Below are positions 31,745 through 40,341 of a DNA stretch of 64,000 nucleotides, in pieces. The DNA is from an uncultured Acidobacteriota bacterium (GTDB lineage: Bacteria; Acidobacteriota; UBA6911; CAINFC01): assembly GCA_964617125.1 (NCBI GenBank), contig CAZTVS010000001.1, forward strand, positions 14,296 to 78,295, written 5' to 3'. Each line of letters begins with the position of its first letter. Positions within the stretch are counted from its first letter, which is position 1. The notes under the pieces are model-generated. The model was not told the origin of the DNA and made no database searches. It saw only the letters and a program-made list of their open reading frames with translations. A program made the translations under genes and the position numbers.

Positions 31745-32359
31745 TCATCCTCCGGCAGGGACAAACCTTCGACCCATCAAGCGGTGTCCTCCTTCCAAAA
31801 CCAAGCGGATCGCTTGTGGGTAGATTCTGTGCTCCTGTTCCAGGATTCTGGCGGAAAGAGATTCTTCTGAATCTTCGGCCAGTACCGGCACCACCGACTG
31901 TAGAATGATCGGCCCCGAATCTAAACCGTAATCGACGAAGTGGACAGTGCAGCCGGTGAACTGTACGCCTGCATCCAATGCCTGGCGTTGTGCGTGCATT
32001 CCAGGAAAGGCGGGGAGCAGGGAAGGGTGAATGTTCAATATGTTCCGGGGAAAGGCGTCTATCAATACCGGCGAAAGCAACCGCATAAAACCTGCCAGGC
32101 AAACAATATCCGTTTGATGATCTCTTAGAATCTGAACAACTCGGCGATCGAAATCCTCCCGATTCAAATTCTGGTGATCGACATAAAAAGAGGCCAGTCC
32201 GGCCTTACGGGCCGCTTCCAGACCGGGGGCCTCCATCCGATTGCTGATCACACAGGAAATGTCGGCAAGCAGCCGTTTTTCCAGGATAGCCTGATGGATG
32301 GCCAGAAAATTGGATCCCCGGCCGGAAAGCAAAATACCGATTTTTTTATTGCCAGACAT
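31745..32359 (-). CDS. purN: Phosphoribosylglycinamide formyltransferase
   Basis: LSGRGSN, LAGFMR, NIHPSLLP, GCTVHFV, DSGPII. Confidence 0.98.
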   Translation of the reverse strand: MSGNKKIGILLSGRGSNFLAIHQAILEKRLLADISCVISNRMEAPGLEAARKAGLASFYVDHQNLNREDFDRRVVQILRDHQTDIVCLAGFMRLLSPVLIDAFPRNILNIHPSLLPAFPGMHAQRQALDAGVQFTGCTVHFVDYGLDSGPIILQSVVPVLAEDSEESLSARILEQEHRIYPQAIRLVLEGGHRLMGRRFVPAGG

Positions 32360-32413
32360 ATGTTTTCCAGGAGGAAAAAATGCAGGAAACGGCCGGAAGC
32401 AGAAGGCCGGCTT

Positions 32414-33463
32414 TCAATCCTGTTGGTAGATGACGCGGGTATTGCCGCGGACTACTTCTCCGATCAGGTAGTGGGCCTCTTCCGCCTTTTGCAATATTTC
32501 CTTGGCCGTTTCCAACTTTTCCGGTGGAACGACCAGAATCATCCCGATGCCCATGTTGAATACCCGGTACATCTCCTCTTCTTCGATATTTCCCAGACGC
32601 TGTAACGTGGAGAATATGGCCGGTACCGGCCAACGTCCGCGATAGATATGGGCGCAAAAACCGGGGGGCAGAATACGAGGAAGATTTTCCGTAATGCCGC
32701 CTCCGGTGATGTGTGCTGCCGCCAGAACACAATGGTGATCGATCAAAGAACGCACCGGATGGAGATAACTCCTGTGCACCTTCAACAGCTCTTCCCCCAC
32801 CGAACAGGAAGAATCCGGCAGGGGAGAATTCAGCTTCAGGCCGGCATCTTCCAGAAGCACTTTTCTGGCGAGCGAATATCCGTTGGTATGCAGTCCGGTG
32901 GAAGGCAGGCCAATGAGAAAATTTCCGCTCAGAATACGCTTGGGTCCCAACAGCTTGTTTTTTTTAACGGATCCTACTATAAAGCCGGCTAGGTCATACT
33001 CTCCAGGAGTATAGAAACCCGGCATCTGAGCTGTTTCTCCGCCAATCAGGGCACAGTGATTGTTCTTGCACTCGTCGGCAAGTCCACGAATGATTTGTTC
33101 GGTAGTCCCTTCGTTTAAACTGGAATAGGCCAGGTAATCCATGAAAAACAGGGGTGAGGCCCCTTGGGTCAGAATATCGTTGACGCAATGAGCCACCAGA
33201 TCTTTTCCGACCGTAGAATGGATATCGGAGGCGAAGGCGATTTTCAGCTTGGTACCGACTCCGTCGGCGCTGCTGACAAGAATCGTATTTTGAGCTCCCA
33301 ATTCATCCAGCGAGTAAAGTCCGCCGAATCCTCCCAACGCCGGTAGAACACCATCCGTGTGGGTGCGTTGAATGTGTTGAAGAATGGTGGCTTTGACAGA
33401 TGCCGCCTTGTCCAGATTGACACCCGCTCGGGAATAGGCATCCTCGTTTATTTTCGTATCCAT
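32414..33463 (-). CDS. purM: Phosphoribosylformylglycinamidine cyclo-ligase
   Basis: Y..AGV, DGVGTK, GGETAQMPG, SxGLHTNGYSL, HITGGG, FNMGIGM. Confidence 0.98.
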   Translation of the reverse strand: MDTKINEDAYSRAGVNLDKAASVKATILQHIQRTHTDGVLPALGGFGGLYSLDELGAQNTILVSSADGVGTKLKIAFASDIHSTVGKDLVAHCVNDILTQGASPLFFMDYLAYSSLNEGTTEQIIRGLADECKNNHCALIGGETAQMPGFYTPGEYDLAGFIVGSVKKNKLLGPKRILSGNFLIGLPSTGLHTNGYSLARKVLLEDAGLKLNSPLPDSSCSVGEELLKVHRSYLHPVRSLIDHHCVLAAAHITGGGITENLPRILPPGFCAHIYRGRWPVPAIFSTLQRLGNIEEEEMYRVFNMGIGMILVVPPEKLETAKEILQKAEEAHYLIGEVVRGNTRVIYQQD

Positions 33464-33501
33464 GCAAAGATCCTCCGCCTGTTATTGTTCGCTTGCTGCC
33501 G

Positions 33502-34968
33502 TTAAGGATTAGGGCCCGATGTTGTCTTGCTGCCTTCTAAAGAGCATACCATTTCCGGAGTTTTAATTGGATACTCACCGCTAAAACATGCGGTACAGTA
33601 AGAACGTCCCTCCGGATCCTCCACACAGCTTCTCAGGCTGTCATGGGTCAGGTAGTGAAGGCTGTCGACACCCAGGTAATCGCGGATTTGTTCGATCGAT
33701 TTTTGAGTAGCTATCAGTTCCTGTTTCGTCGGTGTATCGATGCCGTAAAAGCAGGGGCTGACGATCGGCGGAGAGCCGATGCAGAGGTGAAGTTTCCTCG
33801 CTCCCGTGGAGCGTATCATATGGCAAATCTCCTGACTGGTAGTTCCTCGAACCAGGGAATCGTCGATCAGAACCACGTCCTTGCCATGGAAGATTTCTTT
33901 CACTGGATTCAGTTTGACGCGGACACCGAATTCACGCATGGCCTGCGATGGTTCGATAAAAGTCCGGCCGATGTAATGGTTGCGGATCAGGCCGAAGTCA
34001 AAACGGATGCCCGAGGCGGCGGAGAAGCCCAGGGCGGCAGATACACCTGAATCGGGTACCGGAACAACGACATCCGCCGATAGCTTAAATTCCTTAGCCA
34101 TGCAGCGACCAATGTCATAACGCACCTGATTCACATTGCGTCCGAAAACCAGGCTGTCGGGCCGGGAAAAATAGATGTGTTCAAAAATGCATTGTGATGT
34201 TTTCTCCAATGCAGCGTAACGCAAACGTTTCCAGCCCGATGGATTACAAAGTACAATCTCCCCCGGTTGAACATCATCCAGATAGGTGGCGCCGATCAGG
34301 TCTAGGGCGCTGGTTTCCGAAGCAAAAACATAGGCGTTATCCAACCGGCCGATACAAAGAGGACGGAATCCGAAGGGGTCTCTGATTGCGGCCATTTGGT
34401 CTTTGGTCAGGACAAGAAGGGAGAAAGCTCCCCGCAAAGGTGCAAGGGCCTCCGGCAGGGCGTCCTCAAGGAATTTCTTTTTACTGCGGCCGATGAGCTT
34501 GAGGATGATTTCGCTGTCGGAGCTGGTAAAGAAGGATTCGTGTTTGCGCAATAAGTCGCTGCGAAGGCTTTCGGCATTGGCCAGGTTGCCGTTATGGCAA
34601 AGAGCGATCGCTCCGCGATGAGATTCGTTCAGAATGGGCTGGGCATTTTGCAGACGGCTTTCTCCCGCAGTCGAGTAGCGTACATGACCGATGGAGTGAA
34701 TTCCGCTGAGGAGTTTCAATCGAGCCGGGGTAAAGACATCGCTTACATACCCCATTCCCTTTTCCTGATGGAGTCTGCCTTCGTCGCTGGAACAGATTCC
34801 GGCGGATTCCTGTCCCCGGTGCTGCAGGGCATAGAGTCCCAGATAAGTCATGCGTACGGCCTTGGGGTGTTGAAAGATGCCGAATATGCCGCAATGATCG
34901 TGAAAACGGTCCGGCTCCGTAAAATTTCGATAGGAGCAGGGATAGGGCATTTTTTCCAGAATATTCAT
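33502..34968 (-). CDS. purF: Amidophosphoribosyltransferase
   Basis: Propeptide then CGIFG; LQHRGQE, GHVRYST, PVPDSG, DDSLVRGTT, C-terminal CTACFSG Fe-S ligands. Confidence 0.98.
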   Translation of the reverse strand: MNILEKMPYPCSYRNFTEPDRFHDHCGIFGIFQHPKAVRMTYLGLYALQHRGQESAGICSSDEGRLHQEKGMGYVSDVFTPARLKLLSGIHSIGHVRYSTAGESRLQNAQPILNESHRGAIALCHNGNLANAESLRSDLLRKHESFFTSSDSEIILKLIGRSKKKFLEDALPEALAPLRGAFSLLVLTKDQMAAIRDPFGFRPLCIGRLDNAYVFASETSALDLIGATYLDDVQPGEIVLCNPSGWKRLRYAALEKTSQCIFEHIYFSRPDSLVFGRNVNQVRYDIGRCMAKEFKLSADVVVPVPDSGVSAALGFSAASGIRFDFGLIRNHYIGRTFIEPSQAMREFGVRVKLNPVKEIFHGKDVVLIDDSLVRGTTSQEICHMIRSTGARKLHLCIGSPPIVSPCFYGIDTPTKQELIATQKSIEQIRDYLGVDSLHYLTHDSLRSCVEDPEGRSYCTACFSGEYPIKTPEMVCSLEGSKTTSGPNP

Positions 34969-34969
34969 A

Positions 34970-35962
34970 TCAACGACTGATCCGTTTTTCCGGAATGACC
35001 ACCGGGTTGGGTGGCCGTCTGCCCTGCAGGACAGCGGTTACGTTGCGGATGGCGGTCATGGCGATTCCGGTGCGTGCTTCCACGGTTGCACTTCCGATGT
35101 GAGGTAATAGAACAACCTGATCCAGCGATTCCAGTCCTTTTTCCACCATCGGTTCCTGTTCGAAAACATCCAGGCCGGCACCGGCTATTTTCCTGTTACG
35201 CAGCGCATCCAGGAGCGCTCTCTCATCGACAACGGGGCCTCTTGCCGTGTTGATCAGGATGGCTGTCGGTTTCATGAGAGAGAATTGAGGAGAAGCGATC
35301 ATGTGACGGGTGGTGCTGGTCAGCGGGACGTGAAGAGAGATAAAATCCGAACGGCGTAAAAGTCCGGATAGCGTGACGTACCGGGCAGACAACCGTTGTT
35401 CCTGCTCCGGGGAAAGACGCAATGGATTGTGATAGAGAATTTTCAGCCCAAAACCTTTGGCCCTCTCGGCGACGGCTTGTCCGATACGTCCCATGCCCAC
35501 TATGCCGAGGGTTTTTCCGGAGAGTTGCGTGCCCAGGAAGAGATGAAAATCCCAACCATGAAATCTTCCCTCCCGTAAAAAACGATCCCCGGATACGATA
35601 TGGCGCGCGACGCTCAACAAGAGCCCCATCGTCAGATCGGCGGTCGCTTCGGTCAGCACACCGGGAGTATTGGTTACCCAGATGCCAAGTTCCTGCGCGG
35701 CAGCCGTATCTATATTGTTGAATCCGGCAGCAGCATTAGCGATAATTTTCAGCCGGGGAGCGGATTCCATGATTCGACGATCAATGGAGTCGTACAGGAA
35801 ACTGATCAAAGCGTCGGCGTCTTTTATATGCTTGCGTATTTCCCGCGAGGAGATAGGTTCGGATTTCCTATGGGAGATCAGCCGGCCGAAGGGGGCCAGA
35901 CGGTCCAGAGCCTTTTCCGGCAAGCGACCGGTAATCAAAATGGTATGAGATGGTTTGTCCAT
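34970..35962 (-). CDS. D-isomer 2-hydroxyacid dehydrogenase (glyoxylate/hydroxypyruvate reductase-like)
   Basis: TNTPGVLTEATAD, GMGRIG, INTARG, LDVFEQEP, PHIGSA. Confidence 0.93.
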   Translation of the reverse strand: MDKPSHTILITGRLPEKALDRLAPFGRLISHRKSEPISSREIRKHIKDADALISFLYDSIDRRIMESAPRLKIIANAAAGFNNIDTAAAQELGIWVTNTPGVLTEATADLTMGLLLSVARHIVSGDRFLREGRFHGWDFHLFLGTQLSGKTLGIVGMGRIGQAVAERAKGFGLKILYHNPLRLSPEQEQRLSARYVTLSGLLRRSDFISLHVPLTSTTRHMIASPQFSLMKPTAILINTARGPVVDERALLDALRNRKIAGAGLDVFEQEPMVEKGLESLDQVVLLPHIGSATVEARTGIAMTAIRNVTAVLQGRRPPNPVVIPEKRISR

Positions 35963-35978
35963 AGCGATGATGATGGGC

Positions 35979-36251
35979 TCAGGAATAAAGCTTGACTTCA
36001 TCCACCACTCCGATAACGGCAACATCGATAGCGGCGGATTTTTTGCCTACAGCCGCCGAGGCGGCGAAACCGTCCTGAACCAGCAACACCAGATCTCCAG
36101 GACCGGCATCTACTCCGTCCACCGCCAGCAGTTCTTCTCCGGACGGATTATGGTCCAGATCCAACGGCTGGACAATGAGAATTTTGGCGCCATCGAAATC
36201 GGAATACTTTTGCGAGGCGACAATGTTTCCAGTCACTTTTGCCAGAATCAT
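35979..36251 (-). CDS. BMC vertex protein (BMC-P, EutN/CcmL family) 3
   Basis: MILAKVTGNIVASQK, AVD..DAGPGD.VL, D.AVIGVVD. Confidence 0.93.
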   Translation of the reverse strand: MILAKVTGNIVASQKYSDFDGAKILIVQPLDLDHNPSGEELLAVDGVDAGPGDLVLLVQDGFAASAAVGKKSAAIDVAVIGVVDEVKLYS

Positions 36252-36526
36252 GGATGGTCCGTGGAGTGATGAATGCGATCGACGATACCGACGACGGTGA
36301 CGTCGGTCGGAGTTTCCCGTGGAAAGAAGGGGAAGGCGGCCTCTTTACTGCGAACGTAAAATACTGTTTCCCCGGTTCCGGCACCAACTGCATCCGTGGC
36401 TACGAAAGCAGGCCCGATAAGAACCCCATCGGGGCGAAGATGCTTGAGGAGAAGCATCTTTCTCTCCTGGAGACCCTCATTTTTCATGGTGGAAACGATC
36501 GTTCCGACAACTTTTGCCAGTCGCAT
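36248..36526 (-). CDS. BMC vertex protein (BMC-P, EutN/CcmL family) 2
   Basis: MRLAKVVGTIVSTMK, ATDAVGAGTGE.V, PTD..VVGIVD. Confidence 0.93.
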   Translation of the reverse strand: MRLAKVVGTIVSTMKNEGLQERKMLLLKHLRPDGVLIGPAFVATDAVGAGTGETVFYVRSKEAAFPFFPRETPTDVTVVGIVDRIHHSTDHP

Positions 36527-36574
36527 GTCAGGCGTGATTTTCCGTTCTTCTAAAAACGGTTATGGCGTTCTATC

Positions 36575-36612
36575 GACAAGTTTCCCTTCTGTGGAGGGAA
36601 GGGAAACTCGTC
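36575..36612. other. Intergenic stem-loop within the BMC cassette
   Basis: AGTTTCCCTTC (36579-36589) / GAAGGGAAACT (36598-36608) 11-bp perfect stem, extended by GAC/GTC. Confidence 0.6.
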
Positions 36613-36618
36613 TGTGGA

Positions 36619-36882
36619 TCAGATTTCGATGGTGTCTACTATCCCGATGATGGCTGTATCGACCGGATGGTCCTTCAAGCCCGAAGCCATGCGGGCGGAA
36701 CTGCCGCTGACGCAGAGTACTACGTCACCTCTTCCGGCTTGCACCGTATCGATAGCTACCGTATAACCCGATTCCTTTTTTGTTTCAGGATCGAGGGTGC
36801 GTACCACCAGCAGCTTTTTGCCCTGCAGTTTTTCGTCCTTGCGGGTGGCCACCACCGTCCCGGCTACTTTGCCAAGGATCAT
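36619..36882 (-). CDS. BMC vertex protein (BMC-P, EutN/CcmL family) 1
   Basis: MILGKVAGTVVATRK, AIDTVQAGRGD.VL..SGSSAR, PVDTAIIGIVD. Confidence 0.95.
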   Translation of the reverse strand: MILGKVAGTVVATRKDEKLQGKKLLVVRTLDPETKKESGYTVAIDTVQAGRGDVVLCVSGSSARMASGLKDHPVDTAIIGIVDTIEI

Positions 36883-36887
36883 AAAAA

Positions 36888-37184
36888 TTACTTGCCGGCT
36901 TTGATATTGATCGGCAGCCGTTCATCCAGATTGGAATGTGGACGAGGAATGACGTGTACGCTGACCAACTCGCCTACGCGCCGGGCCGCGGCCGCTCCGG
37001 CATCCGTGGCCGCCTTAACGGCAGCGACATCGCCACGGACGATGGCGGTAACATAACCGGAACCGATCTTTTCATATCCGATGAGGGTTACTTTAGCAGC
37101 TTTGACCATCGCATCAGAAGCCTCAACCATTGCCACAAAGCCTTTGGTTTCAATCATTCCCAATGCTTCCATATTATCAGCCAT
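36888..37184 (-). CDS. BMC hexameric shell protein (BMC-H, PduA/EutM/CcmK family)
   Basis: ALGMIET.G, DAMVKAA, IGSG pore loop, [17 protein letters not shown]; RBS AAGGAG. Confidence 0.97.
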   Translation of the reverse strand: MADNMEALGMIETKGFVAMVEASDAMVKAAKVTLIGYEKIGSGYVTAIVRGDVAAVKAATDAGAAAARRVGELVSVHVIPRPHSNLDERLPINIKAGK

Positions 37185-37236
37185 GTTTTCTCCTTGAAAG
37201 AATGAGATACTGTGTTGCTGGCGTTTAAAAGCAAAA

Positions 37237-37266
37237 TTTATATCACACCCGGAGAATGGTTTGCAA
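37237..37266 (-). promoter_or_regulatory. Putative sigma70 promoter upstream of BMC-H
   Basis: Minus strand TTGCAA, 18-bp spacer, TG-n-TATAAA (extended -10). Confidence 0.4.
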
Positions 37267-37349
37267 GGCCGGCGGCAATCCGGAAGAGTAACTTGGCATC
37301 AGGGAAACCGTCTCCGTTCTTTTGTCTGCGAATGCAGATTCCTCCGCGA

Positions 37350-38360
37350 TCAGATGCAGGCGTCCTGGCGGATGCGTTCGATGATTTCCGGCACGTTGGT
37401 CGTCGCCGTGCCCAGCTTGCCGACTACGATGCCGGCAGCATAATTGGCGATGGTTGCCGCTTCGATGATATCGGCGCCGCAGAGAAGGGAAACAGTGATT
37501 GTGGCGATGACCGTGTCTCCGGCTCCGGTCACATCAAAAACCTCTCGTGCCTTGGTAGGAATGTGGCTCACCCCTCCCGTGGATGAGAAGACCGACATCC
37601 CTTCCTCTCCCCGCGTGATGATGAGATGATCCGCCTGAGTGTCCTGAAGGATTTTTTTGCCGGCGGCGACTAGGGAGGTTGTATCTATGATGGGTATCCC
37701 CGATGCCATTTCGGCTTCCGCCTTGTTGGGAGTGAGAAAGGTGGGATGCCCATAGACACGAAGGTCCTTGACCTTGGGATCTACGGCCACGATGGATTGC
37801 CTGCCTGACTTCAAACCGGCTTGAATGGCACGGGATAAATCGGAATTGACAAGTCCTTTGGCATAGTCGGAAATGATGGTGGCTTCGGTCTTTTGCGACA
37901 GCCGCCGGTATGCCAGCAGCAGTTTCCGGTGTGTGCTCTCTGCCAGGGGGTGGGAATCCTCACAATCCGTACGACAGACCTGTTGATGATGTGCAATGAT
38001 CCTGGTCTTGACAGTGCTGCGTCGGTCTGTCTCCATAATCAACCCGGAAACGATGGGACTGATCTTCCGGTACTCCTGCAAAATCACAACGGAGGAAGGA
38101 TCTTCTTTGGGGTTTCCGATCACACCCAAAGGAATCGGTACGGCGCCCAAGGCGTGCAGGTTGCAGGCGACATTGGCCGATCCTCCCAGATGTACACTTT
38201 TTCTTTTGACCAGAACCACAGGGACCGGAGCTTCCGGAGAGATGCGATGGACGGTGCCCCAGATAAATTCATCCAGCATGACATCTCCCGCCACCAGGAT
38301 TTTTTTCCCTGGAAACTGTTTGAGCAGGCGTATCAGACGGCGCGGATCGGGATTTTTCAT
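37350..38360 (-). CDS. rfaE1: D-glycero-beta-D-manno-heptose-7-phosphate kinase (HldE kinase domain, PfkB family)
   Basis: GDVMLD..RISPEAPVPV, SDYAKG, VDPK, TPN..EA, DVTGAGDT, VVGKLGT. Confidence 0.93.
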   Translation of the reverse strand: MKNPDPRRLIRLLKQFPGKKILVAGDVMLDEFIWGTVHRISPEAPVPVVLVKRKSVHLGGSANVACNLHALGAVPIPLGVIGNPKEDPSSVVILQEYRKISPIVSGLIMETDRRSTVKTRIIAHHQQVCRTDCEDSHPLAESTHRKLLLAYRRLSQKTEATIISDYAKGLVNSDLSRAIQAGLKSGRQSIVAVDPKVKDLRVYGHPTFLTPNKAEAEMASGIPIIDTTSLVAAGKKILQDTQADHLIITRGEEGMSVFSSTGGVSHIPTKAREVFDVTGAGDTVIATITVSLLCGADIIEAATIANYAAGIVVGKLGTATTNVPEIIERIRQDACI

Positions 38361-38380
38361 GCGTATCCAGGAGCAGGGAC

Positions 38381-39166
38381 TTAGGACTTGGGGGACAGAG
38401 TCGGTTTCGGAACGTTTTTATGGCTCAGGTGCCGGGAAAGGATGGAATAAAGCTTGAAGCAGATGCCGGAAAGAGTATAGATCGATGCGAGAGAAACCAG
38501 TACGATGCGGGAGTAGAAGTAAATCCCCGTGATCAGCAGGGCAAGAAGTAGAATGGTACGATAGGAATGATTTTTCCCCTCGGATCCTTTCAATCCGACG
38601 TATCGTATGGTACTGATCATGAGGAATGCCAGCAGGCCCACCAGAGCCAGTATCCCCAGGTAATAATCTTTCACTAGTTCCGGGTCCTGAAAATAATGAA
38701 CCAGAGAGGCAATCATGCCTCCGGCTGCCGGAGTCGGCATGCCGACAAAGTCTTTATGGCCGGGTCCCATGATGTTGAATCGGGCCAGACGCATGGCGCC
38801 GCAGATGATGTAGATGAAACTGATGATCCATCCGATGGGCTGGAACTGGGGAAAAGCCCAGGCGTTGATCAGAATCGCCGGTGCCAGACAAAAGGAAATG
38901 ACATCGGCCAGGGAATCCAGCTGCAGTCCCATCTCACTGGATGTCTTGGTCAAACGAGCGATTCGCCCATCCAGGACATCGAAAACGGCGGCCCAGCCGA
39001 TGAGAATGGCCGCCATATCAAAGTTTCCATGTTGGACGGAGACGATGGAATAAAAACCACAGAACAGGTTGCCGATGGTAAATGTGGTAGGAATCGCATT
39101 GATGGTCCGACGGAATTTCCGCCGCGGTTTGATTCCTTCCGAAGATTCTGGCTTTGTGTGATCCAC
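38381..39166 (-). CDS. pssA: CDP-diacylglycerol--serine O-phosphatidyltransferase
   Basis: DVLDGRIAR...G..LDSLADVISF..APA, RLARFN, F.GMPTP; adjacent to psd. Confidence 0.93.
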   Translation of the reverse strand: MDHTKPESSEGIKPRRKFRRTINAIPTTFTIGNLFCGFYSIVSVQHGNFDMAAILIGWAAVFDVLDGRIARLTKTSSEMGLQLDSLADVISFCLAPAILINAWAFPQFQPIGWIISFIYIICGAMRLARFNIMGPGHKDFVGMPTPAAGGMIASLVHYFQDPELVKDYYLGILALVGLLAFLMISTIRYVGLKGSEGKNHSYRTILLLALLITGIYFYSRIVLVSLASIYTLSGICFKLYSILSRHLSHKNVPKPTLSPKS

Positions 39167-39241
39167 AGTTTTTCCCGAAGTGTTTACGATCCGTTAATCA
39201 TGCGTGGAGGTTTCTCGTTGCAAGAGGATGTCAGGCCGGTG

Positions 39242-39871
39242 TCATTGCCGAAAACGAGCCACCGGATCGCTTCCTCCATGTAAGCGATCTCCTACTTTTA
39301 TCAGAAGATCCGTATCTGCCGGCAGATCCAGATCGACTCGGGATCCGAAACGAATCATTCCCAGTCGCTCGCCCCGCTGCATTCGATCTCCGGTTCTTTT
39401 CCAGCAGACGATCCTTCGGGCGATCAAACCGGCAATCTGAGTGACTCGGATCAAGGATGTTCCGGCCTGCAGTTCGATGGTATTGCGTTCATTCTCCAGA
39501 GAGGCTTCCCGACGAAAAGCAGCCAGAAATCTTCCCGGAAAATATTGGACACGGGTGACGGTCCCCGCATACGGGATCCGGTTGATGTGCACATTGAAGA
39601 CAGAAAGAAAAATGCTGATTCTGTGCCGCGGTCCCAACTCGGGATCCTGAACCGATTCAATCACAACGACACGGCCATCCGCCGGCGATACCAGCAGGTT
39701 GGGATCGGAAGGCAGTCTTCTTTCCGGGTCGCGAAAGAAGTACAAAATAAAAAGGCCCACAAGAAGAAGAAGACTGCCGAGGAGCCACGCCTGGCAGATG
39801 AAGGCGACGAAAGCCAGAAGCAACGGGACACCGAAATAGGGAATCCCTTCTTTAGCGATAGCGATTCGCAT
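39242..39871 (-). CDS. psd: Phosphatidylserine decarboxylase
   Basis: FFRDPER, SPADG, FNVHINR.P, QIAGLIARRI, FGSRVD cleavage site. Confidence 0.95.
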   Translation of the reverse strand: MRIAIAKEGIPYFGVPLLLAFVAFICQAWLLGSLLLLVGLFILYFFRDPERRLPSDPNLLVSPADGRVVVIESVQDPELGPRHRISIFLSVFNVHINRIPYAGTVTRVQYFPGRFLAAFRREASLENERNTIELQAGTSLIRVTQIAGLIARRIVCWKRTGDRMQRGERLGMIRFGSRVDLDLPADTDLLIKVGDRLHGGSDPVARFRQ

Positions 39872-39872
39872 A

Positions 39873-40112
39873 TTAAGCCTTTAGGGGTGCGGTGGCTTTC
39901 TTACGATAGGCCGCTATCATGGATTGCATCTGGTCCTTCAATGCCAATTTTTTCTTTTTTAAGACCGGAATTTCCAGGGATTCTTCCTCGCTGGGATAGG
40001 GTTTATTGCCGATTTGCTGCAAACGTTTTTCGAATGCCTGATGCTGTTCCCAAAGTTTGCGATATTCATGATTATTCTTTATGAGTTCGTCTTTGATATG
40101 TTGGTCGTTCAT
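39873..40112 (-). CDS. DUF465/YdcH family coiled-coil protein
   Basis: L...H...E..L...LKKKKLALKDQM; start MNDQHIK with upstream GAAAGGAAGG. Confidence 0.8.
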   Translation of the reverse strand: MNDQHIKDELIKNNHEYRKLWEQHQAFEKRLQQIGNKPYPSEEESLEIPVLKKKKLALKDQMQSMIAAYRKKATAPLKA

Positions 40113-40341
40113 AGTTTCAACCTTCCTTTCAAATGCCCCGAGCAGGGCGGATTGGTTTCCTTGGCAAACAAAAGGCTTTCCATCGGTCACACATACCATT
40201 TTACGAAAAGTCGGAGTTTTCGATCCTTAATTTTTGTCTGTGCTGGGCCTGGTTCTGTATCGTCGGACCATATCCGTGCCGTATGGCGGGCAACCTCGGG
40301 TGGTTTAGGCAAGAGGCAATGTGTTCGTCCTGTCATAGAAA

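Noticed and set aside
36562-37056. 164-aa plus-strand ORF over the BMC genes
   Set aside because: Antisense to clear BMC-H and BMC-P genes; no independent coding evidence
37350-38360. PfkB kinase upstream of BMC-H as potential microcompartment cargo
   Set aside because: Has the RISPEAPVPV signature of the LPS heptose kinase and is separated from BMC-H by 165 bp containing a promoter-like element
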